Positions 52,078-62,228 of a stretch of 64,000 nucleotides of DNA are shown here, in pieces. Each line of letters starts with the position of its first letter. Within the stretch, counting starts at the first letter, position 1. This DNA comes from an uncultured Clostridia bacterium. GTDB lineage: Bacteria > Bacillota > Clostridia > Christensenellales > CAG-314. A program made the position numbers and the translations under genes. The stretch spans positions 21,840 through 85,839 of the forward strand of contig CAKQEP010000004.1 of the NCBI GenBank assembly GCA_934230325.1. Reading direction: 5' to 3'. A model generated the notes under the pieces. That model worked only from the letters and a program-made list of their open reading frames with translations. It made no database searches and was not told the origin of the DNA.

Positions 52078-52929
52078 ATGTCCTACAAAAATCTGTTGTC
52101 TTTAAACGACCTTACGGATACGGAAATCAATCAACTGTTGGACGTTGCGTCGGAAATGAGACGCGTCGTTTTGTCGAGAGTCAAAAGAGGACCGCAGTTG
52201 TTGGGCAAGGTTTTGGCGATAGCGGGCGATTACGACGATTTGTCGCGCAACTGCCTATCGTTGGCTTGCGGGTATTTGTCGGGGTTGACGGCTGATTTTT
52301 TTAAAACGCCTTGTTATGACGATATACTCAACATCAAGGCGGCGGGCGTCGATTATATCGTCATTGAGCCTGAGCAGACAGAGATTGCTCGGTTAGCCCG
52401 CGACGAAGAAGGCGTAGTGACTTATGGCGGCAAATACAGCGGCGCGCTGGCAACGCTTGCAATTCTTTTTACCATAAAACAGCGGTTGGAAACAATCAAA
52501 TCCGTTGACGTGTCTTTGTTGGGTAACCTACAAAAAGGATACAAATGCGCGGAAGACTTAAACGATATTTTGCTTCGGTTTGAGTCGCGTGTTTCGGTCT
52601 GCGGGTACGACAAAAATATTGCTAACTATTTTAAAGAAAAATCGATACGCGTGTATTCCGACATAAATATGGTAACGCATGGCGCAGATTTTATTATTGA
52701 TTTTGGCGGCAGAGAGGAAGAAAACATTTATTTTTACGGCGATAGCATGGGGCTGACGCAAGAAACGATAAAACTTGCTCAGCCAAATGCGCCGCTACTG
52801 TTTAAAAATCGGATTTTCAGTAAGGAAAAAGGTTGTTTTGTAACGTATCCGTTTAGCGCAACGGCAGATTATTACACAAATCTTACTGCGGTCACTATGG
52901 CAGTGTTGTATTTGTTAAAAAGGAATTAA
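52078..52929 (+). CDS. Aspartate/ornithine carbamoyltransferase-like protein lacking catalytic motifs (probable pseudoenzyme)
   Basis: 283 aa. The N-terminus LLSLNDLTDTEINQLLDVASEMR and the overall length and segment order parallel PyrB by eye. The STRTR position reads DLSRN, and there is no HPxQ (the protein has a single His). Confidence 0.5.
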   Translation: MSYKNLLSLNDLTDTEINQLLDVASEMRRVVLSRVKRGPQLLGKVLAIAGDYDDLSRNCLSLACGYLSGLTADFFKTPCYDDILNIKAAGVDYIVIEPEQTEIARLARDEEGVVTYGGKYSGALATLAILFTIKQRLETIKSVDVSLLGNLQKGYKCAEDLNDILLRFESRVSVCGYDKNIANYFKEKSIRVYSDINMVTHGADFIIDFGGREEENIYFYGDSMGLTQETIKLAQPNAPLLFKNRIFSKEKGCFVTYPFSATADYYTNLTAVTMAVLYLLKRN

Positions 52930-52974
52930 AGACAAAAAAGTCTTGATTTAATATATCTATAAAGGTGAACAAAA

Positions 52975-53268
52975 ATGAGAAGAACATTAGAAAACATTAT
53001 CATCGGTATACTTATCGTGGCGTTGATTCTTGCCGTTTTGGGCGTCGTGCTTAAAAACGACGTAGTATCAAAAGCCGCATTCGTCGTGTTGATTATCGTT
53101 GCCGCTGCGTACACGGTGCTGCAAGTGGTGGACTACTTTGACACGTTGAAGATTGACGACGTAAAAAAGCAAAAATCACAGTTTTGGTTTATGGTAGTTA
53201 CCGTCGTTTTGTCTTTGGTGATAGTTTGCGTAAGCATCTTTGCTCTTGCGGGAAAATTAGTATTTTGA
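52975..53268 (+). CDS. Small membrane protein (3 predicted TM helices), unknown function
   Basis: 97 aa. AAAGGTG RBS. Hydrophobic segments IIIGILIVALILAVLGVVL, AAFVVLIIVAAAYTVL and FWFMVVTVVLSLVIVCVSIFALA. Confidence 0.6.
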   Translation: MRRTLENIIIGILIVALILAVLGVVLKNDVVSKAAFVVLIIVAAAYTVLQVVDYFDTLKIDDVKKQKSQFWFMVVTVVLSLVIVCVSIFALAGKLVF

Positions 53269-53303
53269 TTTTTTAGCAAAGGCTGTTTTATTAACGTAAC
53301 GCC

Positions 53304-53343
53304 AAAAAAAACACTCCCCGATTGTTGCGGGTAGTGTTTTTTT
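53304..53343. terminator. Bidirectional terminator between small membrane gene and rqcH
   Basis: ACACTCCCCG (53311-53320) pairs with CGGGTAGTGT (53328-53337), flanked by A8 and T7. Confidence 0.8.
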
Positions 53344-53367
53344 AGTTTAAAGAGATTTTTGCTAAAA

Positions 53368-55065
53368 TTATTGCTTTTGAGAAAGCAGTTCCTCGTGCTT
53401 GTCGGGATTGACTATGACGGTATTAAAATCGGTATATACGACAAAGCCTTTCGGTGACTCGGGCGGCTTTTTTACGCGTTTTTTAAGACAATAGTCAACA
53501 GCAATTTTTGTTCCTGCAGACGCTTGAGAATACGCCGCAACTATTTCCGCCGCTATTAGAATAACGTTGTCGGGAACTTTTTCTCCGTCGCTTTGTATTA
53601 CGGCGTGACTGCTATGTATATTTTGAGCATGCAACCACAAATCGGAGGAGCGCGCAAGTTTAAAGGTGACGTAATCGTTTTGAATATTGTTTTTTCCGAC
53701 AAATAATGCGTATCCGTTCAAATCGAAGCGTAGGGGGGTTATTGCCGTTTTTGCCTGTTGTTTTTTGCCGTTTTTTGCTTTGATTTTTATTATGCCCGCT
53801 TCGGTAAGTTCTAGAGCAATTTCTTGTAAATCCTCGCTCGTACTGCAAAACTCGAGATTTTTTTTGACTGATTTTAAATAATCGAGCATCGCCGTATTTT
53901 GTTGAATAAGTACGGAATTGTGTTTTAATGTGCTTTTTTGTTTGGCGTACTTTTTGTAATACTCTTGCGCGTTTTGTTTTGCCGACAGAGCGCGGTCGAG
54001 CAGAATATGAACGACGGGGCAGTTTTCCTCGTAATAATTTACAGCGTCAAATCCGTCGGAATTTTTTTGTATGTTGCCGAGATTTGCCAAAATAAGATCG
54101 CCAAAAAATTTATTTTGAGCATTTTGTTGCGCCTCGACGTAGGCTTGTTTTTGAATGCCGAGTTTTTTTTCCGTTCGGTTTATCGCATTTTTTAAAACCG
54201 TAGATACGCCTTTTGCTTTTTCCGCAAAGCGTTGCGTTTTGCTTTTGTTGTAATAAAAACGGTCGTGAGCCTCGTTTAGAGTGGCAAAAGAGATTTTTTT
54301 GCCTTTACTACTGACGTAATCATAAGGAAAAACGTCTTTCGGAAGGTCATTATTATATACTATTACAGGCATAGTATTATATAAATTGTCAAAATACGTA
54401 TCAAATGCGCTACAAACGTTGTTTACGTCGTTGTTTGCAAGCGCGCATATTTCGTTTACTGTAGAAGGGCAAACGCCGAGTATTTTTTTAGAAACAAAAT
54501 CGTGTATATCGTCGCAATTTTTTGCCGCCGTCATTATTGCTTGTTTGTCGGTGGGCGGTATTTTGTCTTGCTTGTCAAAAAAGCGGTATTTTGCGTTTGG
54601 CAAAACGATTCTTTGGGTTGTCAAATCGCAAGAAAAATGGCGTAATCCGTCAATAATTTTGTAATCGGCGTCGGTCAAAATAACGTTGCTGTCCCTGCCC
54701 GTCAATTCAAAAATAAGATGCACGTCGTTTTTGTAACCTAATTCGTTTTTTGTCGCGACGGTAAAATCTACGACGCGTTCAAAGGGCTGTTGTTCTATTG
54801 CGGTTATCGTTCCGCCCAAAAGGTATTTGCGTAACAACATACAAAAAGACGGCGCGGTAAGCGGATTTTCCTGCGAGTATTCCGTCAAATGAATTCTGTT
54901 TACGTTGCTGTTGCAACTCATTAGTAGTTTTAAACTTTGTTTGTTGAAAATGTTTATTACAACGTCGTCTTTTTGCGGCATAAATATTTTGTTTATTTTG
55001 CCGCCTTTTATCGTATCGTTGAATTCTTTGGTCAATTTTGACAAAGTGATTGCGTCGTAAGCCAT
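53368..55065 (-). CDS. rqcH: Ribosome quality-control protein RqcH (NFACT / fibronectin-binding protein A family)
   Basis: 565 aa. MAYDAITLSKLTKEFNDTIKGGKINKIFMPQKDDVVINIF.. NFACT-N pattern, central coiled coil, NFACT-R-like ..WLHAQNIHSSHAVI.. Confidence 0.85.
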   Translation of the reverse strand: MAYDAITLSKLTKEFNDTIKGGKINKIFMPQKDDVVINIFNKQSLKLLMSCNSNVNRIHLTEYSQENPLTAPSFCMLLRKYLLGGTITAIEQQPFERVVDFTVATKNELGYKNDVHLIFELTGRDSNVILTDADYKIIDGLRHFSCDLTTQRIVLPNAKYRFFDKQDKIPPTDKQAIMTAAKNCDDIHDFVSKKILGVCPSTVNEICALANNDVNNVCSAFDTYFDNLYNTMPVIVYNNDLPKDVFPYDYVSSKGKKISFATLNEAHDRFYYNKSKTQRFAEKAKGVSTVLKNAINRTEKKLGIQKQAYVEAQQNAQNKFFGDLILANLGNIQKNSDGFDAVNYYEENCPVVHILLDRALSAKQNAQEYYKKYAKQKSTLKHNSVLIQQNTAMLDYLKSVKKNLEFCSTSEDLQEIALELTEAGIIKIKAKNGKKQQAKTAITPLRFDLNGYALFVGKNNIQNDYVTFKLARSSDLWLHAQNIHSSHAVIQSDGEKVPDNVILIAAEIVAAYSQASAGTKIAVDYCLKKRVKKPPESPKGFVVYTDFNTVIVNPDKHEELLSQKQ

Positions 55066-55155
55066 TTTTATCTCCGTAAACCCGATATTTTTTCGGGATT
55101 TTTATATTTTACTATAATTTGCCAAATTATTCAACTTGTTTGACCTTATTTTTGT

Positions 55156-55184
55156 TTGCTATTTTTATTATATTGTGTTAAAAT
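55156..55184 (+). promoter_or_regulatory. Promoter of tig-clpP-clpX
   Basis: TTGCTA (55156-55161), 17 nt, TGtTAAAAT (hexamer 55179-55184). Confidence 0.6.
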
Positions 55185-55223
55185 ACCATATTGCAAAACA
55201 TATCTAAGGAGAAATTCTCAATC

Positions 55224-56513
55224 ATGAAGTACACCTTTAAAAAGCAAGACAGCAACGTATCGGTCACTTTTACCGCAACGGCGGAAGAATGGGAAGCCGC
55301 TAAGGAAGAAGCTTATCAAAAAAACAAGTCCAAGTATGCAGTGCAGGGTTTTCGCAAGGGGCATGCTCCTCGCAAAGTCATGGAAAAAGCCTACGGAGAA
55401 AATTTGTTTGACGAGTACGCTTTTGACGATATAGTAGAAAAACAACTCACTGATTTTTACAATAAGGAAAAATCTTTAGAGCCGGTAGACAGACCGCAAC
55501 TTGTTTCCAGAGAAACGGATAAAAAAGGTTTGAAATACGTTATCGAAATCACGGTAAAACCGGAAGTGACTTTGGGAGAATACAAAGGTCTTACCGTAAA
55601 GCAAGACAAAGCGCAAGTGACCGACGAGGAAATCGAGCGTGAAATCAATCTCGCAAGAGAAAGAGCGGCGCGCTTTAAACAAATCACCGACCGCCCCGTA
55701 CAAAACGGCGACGAAGTTTTGTTGGATTATTCCGGCACGGTTGACGGCGTAAAGTTTGACGGCGGCACGGCGGAAAAACAAACGTTGGTCATAGGCAGCC
55801 ATCGCTTTATCGACGGGTTTGAAGATCAAATGATAGGCATGAAAGTGGGCGAAACAAAAGACTTGCACGTCAAATTCCCCGACGATTATCATGCGGAAAA
55901 TCTTAAAGGCAAGGACAGCGTATTTACCGTCACCGTACACGAAATCAGAGTAAAAGAGTTGCCGGAAATCGACGACGAGTTTGCCAAAGACGTGAGCGAA
56001 TTTGATACCCTTAAAGCCTACAAGGAAGATATCGTCAAAAAACTGACGGAACGCAAGCAAAAGCAAGCGGAAATAAAGGCAGAAAACGATTTGATGGACG
56101 CTATAGTCAAAGCCAGCAAAATGGTGGTACCCGATTGCATGATAGAGTCTCAAATCGACAATTATTTGCAGGAATTTGAATATTCTCTCATGTATCAAGG
56201 GTTAAAACTCGACGATTACGTCAAATATACTAACACGACGATGGAGCAGTTGAGGGAGCAGCATAGAGAAAAGGCGCAAAAAGCGGTAGAAACTCGTCTT
56301 GTAATGGAAGCGATAATAAAAGCGGAAAAAATCAAAGCCGACAAAAAATCCGTTGACAAGAGGATTGCGGACTTTGCTAAAGAAATGAATCGCGACGCAA
56401 AAGAATACAAAGAGAGTTTAAATCCTAATCAAATTGCATACTTTGAAAATGAGGTAGTCACGGATAAACTGCTCGAATACCTTAAAAAAGAAAATAATAT
56501 AGTTTGCGAATAA
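55224..56513 (+). CDS. tig: Trigger factor
   Basis: 429 aa. ..QGFRKGHAPRKVMEK.. ribosome-binding signature and an FKBP-type middle domain. AAGGAGAAA RBS before the ATG at 55224. Confidence 0.93.
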   Translation: MKYTFKKQDSNVSVTFTATAEEWEAAKEEAYQKNKSKYAVQGFRKGHAPRKVMEKAYGENLFDEYAFDDIVEKQLTDFYNKEKSLEPVDRPQLVSRETDKKGLKYVIEITVKPEVTLGEYKGLTVKQDKAQVTDEEIEREINLARERAARFKQITDRPVQNGDEVLLDYSGTVDGVKFDGGTAEKQTLVIGSHRFIDGFEDQMIGMKVGETKDLHVKFPDDYHAENLKGKDSVFTVTVHEIRVKELPEIDDEFAKDVSEFDTLKAYKEDIVKKLTERKQKQAEIKAENDLMDAIVKASKMVVPDCMIESQIDNYLQEFEYSLMYQGLKLDDYVKYTNTTMEQLREQHREKAQKAVETRLVMEAIIKAEKIKADKKSVDKRIADFAKEMNRDAKEYKESLNPNQIAYFENEVVTDKLLEYLKKENNIVCE

Positions 56514-56525
56514 CGGAGTTTTGAT

Positions 56526-57113
56526 ATGAATTTAATACCGATGGTGGTAGAACAAACAAACAGAGGCGAAAGATCATATGATATTTTCAGTCGTTTGTTG
56601 GAAGACAGAATAGTATTTTTGACGGGCGAAATCGACGACAGCGTTGCAAACAACGTCGTTGCTCAACTTATTTATCTCGAAGGTAAGGATCCCGACAAAG
56701 ATATCAGTTTGTACATCAACAGTCCCGGCGGCTCTGTGTCGGCGGGAATGGCGATTTACGATACGATACGCTACATCAAATGCGACGTGGCGACTATTTG
56801 CATAGGTCTTGCCGCGAGCATGGGCGCGTTTTTGCTGTCCAGCGGCACAAAAGGCAAAAGGTACAGCTTGCCAAACAGCGAGATTATGATACATCAGCCT
56901 TTGGGCGGCGCGAGCGGTCAAGCGAGCGACATAGCGATAACCACAAATCAGATATTAAAGACAAAGGAAAAAATCAACAGAATTTTAGCCGAAAACACAA
57001 ATCAAGACATAGAAAAAATTCGCGTGGACACAGACAGGGATTATTATCTTTCTGCAGAGGAAAGTTTAAAATACGGTTTGATAGACAAAATTTTTTATGA
57101 CAGAAAGGGCTGA
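56526..57113 (+). CDS. clpP: ATP-dependent Clp protease proteolytic subunit
   Basis: 195 aa. ..[13 protein letters not shown].., ..[11 protein letters not shown].. (Ser), ..MIHQPLGG.. (His). Confidence 0.97.
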   Translation: MNLIPMVVEQTNRGERSYDIFSRLLEDRIVFLTGEIDDSVANNVVAQLIYLEGKDPDKDISLYINSPGGSVSAGMAIYDTIRYIKCDVATICIGLAASMGAFLLSSGTKGKRYSLPNSEIMIHQPLGGASGQASDIAITTNQILKTKEKINRILAENTNQDIEKIRVDTDRDYYLSAEESLKYGLIDKIFYDRKG

Positions 57114-57118
57114 TTTTT

Positions 57119-58381
57119 ATGGATTTTTTTGAGAAAGAAAAAGGTAAGGAGCAACGTTGTTCTTTTTGCGGAAAACTAAAATCGCAGACAGGCAAACTAA
57201 TAAGCGGTCCGAGTGATTTTTGTATCTGCGACGAGTGCGTTGCTATCTGCAACGAAATTTTAAAGCGGGATAATGCTGCAAAACAAAAGGCGGCAGAGTT
57301 TCATTTGCCTACTCCGGAGGAAATTAAAACGGAGTTGGATAAATACGTAGTGGGGCAGGACACGGCAAAAAAGACTTTGTCGGTTGCCGTGTACAATCAC
57401 TACAAAAGAGTTTTTAACAAAGCGTCAAAAGACGACGTAGAGTTGGAAAAAAGCAATATTCTTATGTTGGGACCGACGGGTTGCGGCAAGACTTTGCTTG
57501 CAAAAACGCTTGCTCGCACTCTCAACGTGCCTTTTGCCGTTGCCGACGCAACAACGATAACGGAAGCGGGTTATGTAGGGGAAGACGTAGAAAATATTTT
57601 GCTTAAACTGATACAAAACGCCGATTATGACGTGGAACGCGCGCAAAAAGGTATCGTTTATATAGACGAAATCGATAAAATCGCAAAAAAAGGAGAAAAC
57701 GTTTCTATTACCAGAGACGTTTCCGGCGAAGGCGTACAACAAGCCTTGCTTAAAATTTTGGAAGGTACGGTAGCCAACGTGCCTCCGCAGGGCGGACGCA
57801 AACACCCGCAGCAAGAGTTTATCAGTATCGATACGACAAATATTCTTTTTATTTGCGGCGGCGCGTTTGTCGGGTTGGACAAAATTGTGTCCAAACGTAC
57901 GGAAAAAGGCAGTCTTGGTTTTGGCAATTCCGTCAAAGTCGAGGAAGAAACCGATATGGCAAGACTTATGGAACATATTCAGCCGCAAGATTTTATCAAG
58001 TTTGGTCTTATCCCCGAGTTTGTGGGGCGTTTGCCTATTGCTGTCGGATTGTCGCCTTTGGACGAAAAAGCGTTGGTAAAGATACTTACCGAGCCGCACA
58101 ACAGCCTGATAAAACAATACAAAAAACTAATGCAGTTGGACGATATCGAGTTGGAATTTAAGCCCGACGCGGTAGAAGCGGTTGCAGAGCGTTCTATAGA
58201 ATTAAAAACGGGCGCAAGAGGATTGCGCAGTATCATAGAGTCCGTAATGCTTGACTTTATGTATACGGCGCCGAGCGACAAAACTATCAAAAAAATAGTT
58301 ATCGACGGCGATTGCGTAAAAAAACGCGCAAAACCGCAAATAATACGCAAAAACGACGTTAACGACAAAGTGACGGCATAA
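57119..58381 (+). CDS. clpX: ATP-dependent Clp protease ATP-binding subunit ClpX
   Basis: 420 aa. Zn-ribbon CSFCGK..CDEC, Walker [17 protein letters not shown]. Confidence 0.97.
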   Translation: MDFFEKEKGKEQRCSFCGKLKSQTGKLISGPSDFCICDECVAICNEILKRDNAAKQKAAEFHLPTPEEIKTELDKYVVGQDTAKKTLSVAVYNHYKRVFNKASKDDVELEKSNILMLGPTGCGKTLLAKTLARTLNVPFAVADATTITEAGYVGEDVENILLKLIQNADYDVERAQKGIVYIDEIDKIAKKGENVSITRDVSGEGVQQALLKILEGTVANVPPQGGRKHPQQEFISIDTTNILFICGGAFVGLDKIVSKRTEKGSLGFGNSVKVEEETDMARLMEHIQPQDFIKFGLIPEFVGRLPIAVGLSPLDEKALVKILTEPHNSLIKQYKKLMQLDDIELEFKPDAVEAVAERSIELKTGARGLRSIIESVMLDFMYTAPSDKTIKKIVIDGDCVKKRAKPQIIRKNDVNDKVTA

Positions 58382-58406
58382 AAAACGATAATATGTAAAT
58401 CATTAT

Positions 58407-58448
58407 AAAAATCCTTTACGTCATACCGACGCATCAAAAGGATTTTTT
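58407..58448 (+). terminator. Terminator-like hairpin after clpX
   Basis: AAAATCCTTT (58407-58416) pairs with AAAGGATTTT (58437-58446), followed by TTATT. The loop is 20 nt. Confidence 0.5.
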
Positions 58449-58459
58449 ATTACAATTTG

Positions 58460-58488
58460 TTGCTTTTGTGGCATTTTTTAATTATAAT
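58460..58488 (+). promoter_or_regulatory. Promoter of lon
   Basis: TTGCTT (58460-58465), 17 nt, TATAAT (58483-58488). Confidence 0.6.
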
Positions 58489-58522
58489 AAAAATGCTTTT
58501 AAGTAAAGAGAGGACAAAAAAT

Positions 58523-60811
58523 ATGATTTATCCTTTAATACCGGTGAGAGGTATGGTGGTTTTTCCTTCCACCACGATAACGATAGATATAGGCAGAAAA
58601 AAATCCGTTGCCGCTTTTTCGGAAGCGATTAAAACCAACGGGCTCGCTTTGTTTTGCTCTCAAAAAGTATTGTCTATCGTAGAACCCGCTCAATCGGACA
58701 TAGAGCAAACGGGTACGGTTTGCAAAATACTTCAAAAAATCGATTTGCCAAACTCGCACATAAGACTTTTGGTGCAAGGACTTTATCGCGCCAAAATTAC
58801 GGAGTTTGTGGCAAACGTGGACTTTTTTGAAGTTAACGCAGAAAAAATCGAGTCGATAAACGCCGACACGGTAGAAACGGAGGCATTGTATCGCAAGGCA
58901 AGGGAATTGCTTGCGACGCTTAGCGTAAACTCAAACGGCAAAATAAACAAAGAGATTTTGACTCAACTTGCAGAAAAAGCCGATCCAAACGATTTTATCG
59001 ATATGTTGAGCCATCTTGTCATTTATCGCGACGCCAAAAAGCAACAGTTGCTCGAGATGACGGACACGGAAGAAAGATTGCGCGAGATATGCACTATTCT
59101 TGCAAACGAAATAGAAATTGCCAAAGTCAATCAAAAAATTGCTTCCGACGTCAAGGAATCTATAGATAAAGGGCAAAAAGAGTTTTATCTCAAAGAGCAA
59201 ATGAAAGCGATTTCTCACGAGTTGGGTAGCGACGAAGACGAATTTGCCGAAATAGAAACAAAAATTAAAAATGCGAAGATGCCCAAAGAAGTTGAGGAAA
59301 AAGCCTTAAAGGAATTGTCGCGTCTTGCAAAAATGCCTTTGGTGAGTCCCGACGCAAGCGTGAGTCGCACTTATTTGGAGTGGCTCACCGACTTGGAGTG
59401 GAACAAAGAAACGGAGGACAACAAAGATTTGACCAAAGCCCGCAAAATTCTCGACGAGGATCACTTCGGGTTGGAAAAAATTAAAGAACGCATTTTGGAG
59501 TATCTTGCCGTCATACAACTCACAGGCAAAATAAAAGGTCCTATACTTTGTTTTGTCGGTCCGCCGGGCGTTGGTAAGACAAGCATAGTCAAGAGTATTG
59601 CTCGCGCGCTCAATCGTCGTTACGTAAGAATGAGTCTTGGCGGCGTGAGCGACGAAGCGGAGATTCGCGGTCATCGCAAAACGTACGTTGGAAGTATGCC
59701 GGGTAAGATAATATATCTCATGAAACAGGCAAAATGTATCAATCCCGTCATGCTTTTTGACGAGATAGACAAGATGAGCCGCGATTACAAAGGCGATCCC
59801 GCCAGCGCAATGTTGGAGGTTTTAGACCCCGAGCAAAACAATTCTTTTGTGGACCATTATTTGGAAGTGCCTTTTGATTTGTCAAAGACGTTGTTTGTTG
59901 CTACGGCAAACAAACTCGATAGCATTCCCGCGCCGCTTTTGGACAGAATGGAAATTATCGAGTTGTCAGGGTATACGGAAGAAGAAAAAATTCAGATAGC
60001 CAAAAACTTTCTTATCCCAAAGGAAGAAGAACTAAACGGACTTAAAAAAGGCGCGTTAAAATTAACCGACGACGGACTGCGCAAAGTGATTCAGGCGTAC
60101 ACGAGAGAGTCGGGAGTCAGAACGTTGGAAAGAGAGTTGGCAAAAATTTGCCGCAAACTTGCATTAAAGCAAGTAGAGGGACAAAACGCCGACGTGGAAG
60201 TTACGGCGCATAACCTATCGGACTTTTTAGGAGTAGAAATATTTAAAAACGACGTCATCAGTCAAATTGACGAGGTTGGTACTGCTACGGGGCTTGCTTG
60301 GACGGCTGTCGGCGGTATGACGCTCAGCGTCGACGTGACTTTGTTTGAAGGTAAAGGCGAAGTTTTGCTCACGGGAATGTTGGGCGACGTAATGAAGGAG
60401 TCTGCCCGCACCGCCATCAGTTTGGTAAAAAGTTTGGGCAAACAATACGGAATAAATCCGGAAGTGTTTGCAAAAACGGATATTCATATTCACATACCCG
60501 AAGGGGCTATTCCCAAAGACGGTCCGAGCGCGGGTATAACTATGGCGACGGCTATTATGTCGGCGTTTACGGGACGTCCCGTGTCCAAAAAAGTGGCTAT
60601 GACGGGAGAAGTAACTTTGCGAGGCAAAGTTTTGCCTATCGGCGGACTAAAGGAAAAATCTTTGGCGGCATATCGTGTAGGCATCAGAAAAATTATCATA
60701 CCAAAAGACAATCAAAAAGATTTGCAGGATATTCCCAAAGAAGTACTCGACAATATGACGGTGATTCTTGCTGAAGACATACAAACGGTGTTTGCAAACT
60801 CTTTGGTTTAA
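58523..60811 (+). CDS. lon: ATP-dependent protease Lon (LonA)
   Basis: 762 aa. N-terminal LON domain MIYPLIPVRGMVVFP.., Walker A GPPGVGKTS, protease Ser motif ..KDGPSAGITMA... Start at the ATG at 58523 behind AGAGAGGA. Confidence 0.96.
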   Translation: MIYPLIPVRGMVVFPSTTITIDIGRKKSVAAFSEAIKTNGLALFCSQKVLSIVEPAQSDIEQTGTVCKILQKIDLPNSHIRLLVQGLYRAKITEFVANVDFFEVNAEKIESINADTVETEALYRKARELLATLSVNSNGKINKEILTQLAEKADPNDFIDMLSHLVIYRDAKKQQLLEMTDTEERLREICTILANEIEIAKVNQKIASDVKESIDKGQKEFYLKEQMKAISHELGSDEDEFAEIETKIKNAKMPKEVEEKALKELSRLAKMPLVSPDASVSRTYLEWLTDLEWNKETEDNKDLTKARKILDEDHFGLEKIKERILEYLAVIQLTGKIKGPILCFVGPPGVGKTSIVKSIARALNRRYVRMSLGGVSDEAEIRGHRKTYVGSMPGKIIYLMKQAKCINPVMLFDEIDKMSRDYKGDPASAMLEVLDPEQNNSFVDHYLEVPFDLSKTLFVATANKLDSIPAPLLDRMEIIELSGYTEEEKIQIAKNFLIPKEEELNGLKKGALKLTDDGLRKVIQAYTRESGVRTLERELAKICRKLALKQVEGQNADVEVTAHNLSDFLGVEIFKNDVISQIDEVGTATGLAWTAVGGMTLSVDVTLFEGKGEVLLTGMLGDVMKESARTAISLVKSLGKQYGINPEVFAKTDIHIHIPEGAIPKDGPSAGITMATAIMSAFTGRPVSKKVAMTGEVTLRGKVLPIGGLKEKSLAAYRVGIRKIIIPKDNQKDLQDIPKEVLDNMTVILAEDIQTVFANSLV

Positions 60812-60827
60812 AATAAGGAGTCTTTTT

Positions 60828-61436
60828 ATGAAAATCAGTTCGGCGGAGTTTATCGCCGGCGCGGCGGATGCGGGCGGTCTGTTAAAAACGGATTTGCACC
60901 AAATAGCCGTTGTGGGCAAAAGCAACGTGGGCAAAAGCAGTTTTATAAATTATTTTGCTAATGACGGTAAACTTGCGCGCGTGTCAAAGCAACCGGGCAG
61001 AACAAAAATGATAAATTACTTTTTGATAAACAAGCAATTTATTTTGGCTGATTTACCCGGTTACGGATATGCGGAAGTTTCCAAAGCGGAAAAAGCGCGT
61101 TGGGCAGATTTGATAGAACATTATCTCAACAACGAACCGCAGTTGTGCTACGTCGTCTTTTTGGTGGATATAAGGCACGATCCGACAACGGACGATTTGA
61201 TAATGTACAACTTTTTGTTTAAAACAAACGTGCCTTATCTTATCGTGGCGACAAAGGCGGACAAAATACCGCGCAGTCAGATTGCGGCAAAAAAACATCG
61301 TCTTGCGGGATTTTTTCGCGTTGGGGCAGAAAATATTTTGCCGATAAGCAGCCAAGCCAAAACGGGAATGGAACAAGTTTATCAAAAAATTGACAATATT
61401 TTAAGTTATGCGGACAGCATAACGGAGGAAGAATAG
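60828..61436 (+). CDS. engB: Ribosome-biogenesis GTPase YihA/EngB
   Basis: 202 aa. ..VVGKSNVGKSSFIN.., ..DLPGYGYA.., ..TKADK... AAGGAG RBS. Conserved lon-engB order. Confidence 0.92.
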   Translation: MKISSAEFIAGAADAGGLLKTDLHQIAVVGKSNVGKSSFINYFANDGKLARVSKQPGRTKMINYFLINKQFILADLPGYGYAEVSKAEKARWADLIEHYLNNEPQLCYVVFLVDIRHDPTTDDLIMYNFLFKTNVPYLIVATKADKIPRSQIAAKKHRLAGFFRVGAENILPISSQAKTGMEQVYQKIDNILSYADSITEEE

Positions 61437-61441
61437 AATTT

Positions 61442-61474
61442 TGCGCTCGATTTTTTCGGGCGCATTTTTCTTTT
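61442..61474 (+). terminator. Rho-independent terminator after engB
   Basis: TGCGCTCG (61442-61449) pairs with CGGGCGCA (57-64), followed by TTTTTCTTTT. Confidence 0.65.
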
Positions 61475-61547
61475 GGTATAATGTATCAAAAAACTTTTGC
61501 CTCACATATAATTATAGTAAAAACGTAGTTTCTGTTGTGAGGTGTAT

Positions 61548-62138
61548 ATGGCTAATTGTACTTCGAGAGTGTGTATTCAGGCAAAAAAAGTATTTGACGC
61601 GTGTTTAAAGCAAGCAAGTATCGACACCGTAAGTATTACTTTGCGCAATCTCAATCCGCAAAATCCGACCTTGCCGTTGACTTTTGTCGGCGGAAGAAGT
61701 ATGGCGGTCAATGCAGAAATAGAAAATCTCGTCGTCACTCGATTGCCCGACAAACCCCGCTACGGCAGAGTACAGGCGGACGTTGTTATACCCATATCTA
61801 TTGCTTATACCGACGCTAACAACGTTGCGGGTACGGGCGTAGGCACGCTTACCGTGCATCAAGACGTAATTATGTTGTTGCCGGAGGCGAGCATAATGCC
61901 GTATCAGATAGAAGCGTCCGTGAGTGTGGTTATTCCAAACGCAACTTTTGACGCGACGGGCGAAAATTATACTTTTGTGTGCAATACCTGTGTTTCCGTT
62001 ATTCTCAAAATAATAATCAACGTAGAACTTATAGTGCCGACGTACGGTTATGCCGTCATTCCCGCATGCAAGGATTACAACAGTCAGGTATGCTCGGGAT
62101 TTTTCGATTTGCCGCTTTTTCCCGAGATAAACGGTTAA
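61548..62138 (+). CDS. Hypothetical Cys-containing, beta-rich protein (no family recognised)
   Basis: 196 aa from the ATG at 61548 (GTGAGGTG RBS). N-terminus MANCTSRVCIQAKKVFDACLKQ... Further Cys at ..FVCNTCVSV.. and ..PACKDYNSQVCSG... Confidence 0.6.
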   Translation: MANCTSRVCIQAKKVFDACLKQASIDTVSITLRNLNPQNPTLPLTFVGGRSMAVNAEIENLVVTRLPDKPRYGRVQADVVIPISIAYTDANNVAGTGVGTLTVHQDVIMLLPEASIMPYQIEASVSVVIPNATFDATGENYTFVCNTCVSVILKIIINVELIVPTYGYAVIPACKDYNSQVCSGFFDLPLFPEING

Positions 62139-62228
62139 AATGCAAAAATAGTCGGTTTTTTTATAAAAATTATCCGTTGTAAACTTTTTTTATTTGCTTT
62201 GATATGTTAAAATAGTATTGAGGTAAAA

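Noticed and set aside
55476-58117. 240-aa and 230-aa minus-strand ORFs (55476-56198, 57425-58117)
   Set aside because: Antisense shadows of tig and clpX respectively, both of which are unambiguous.
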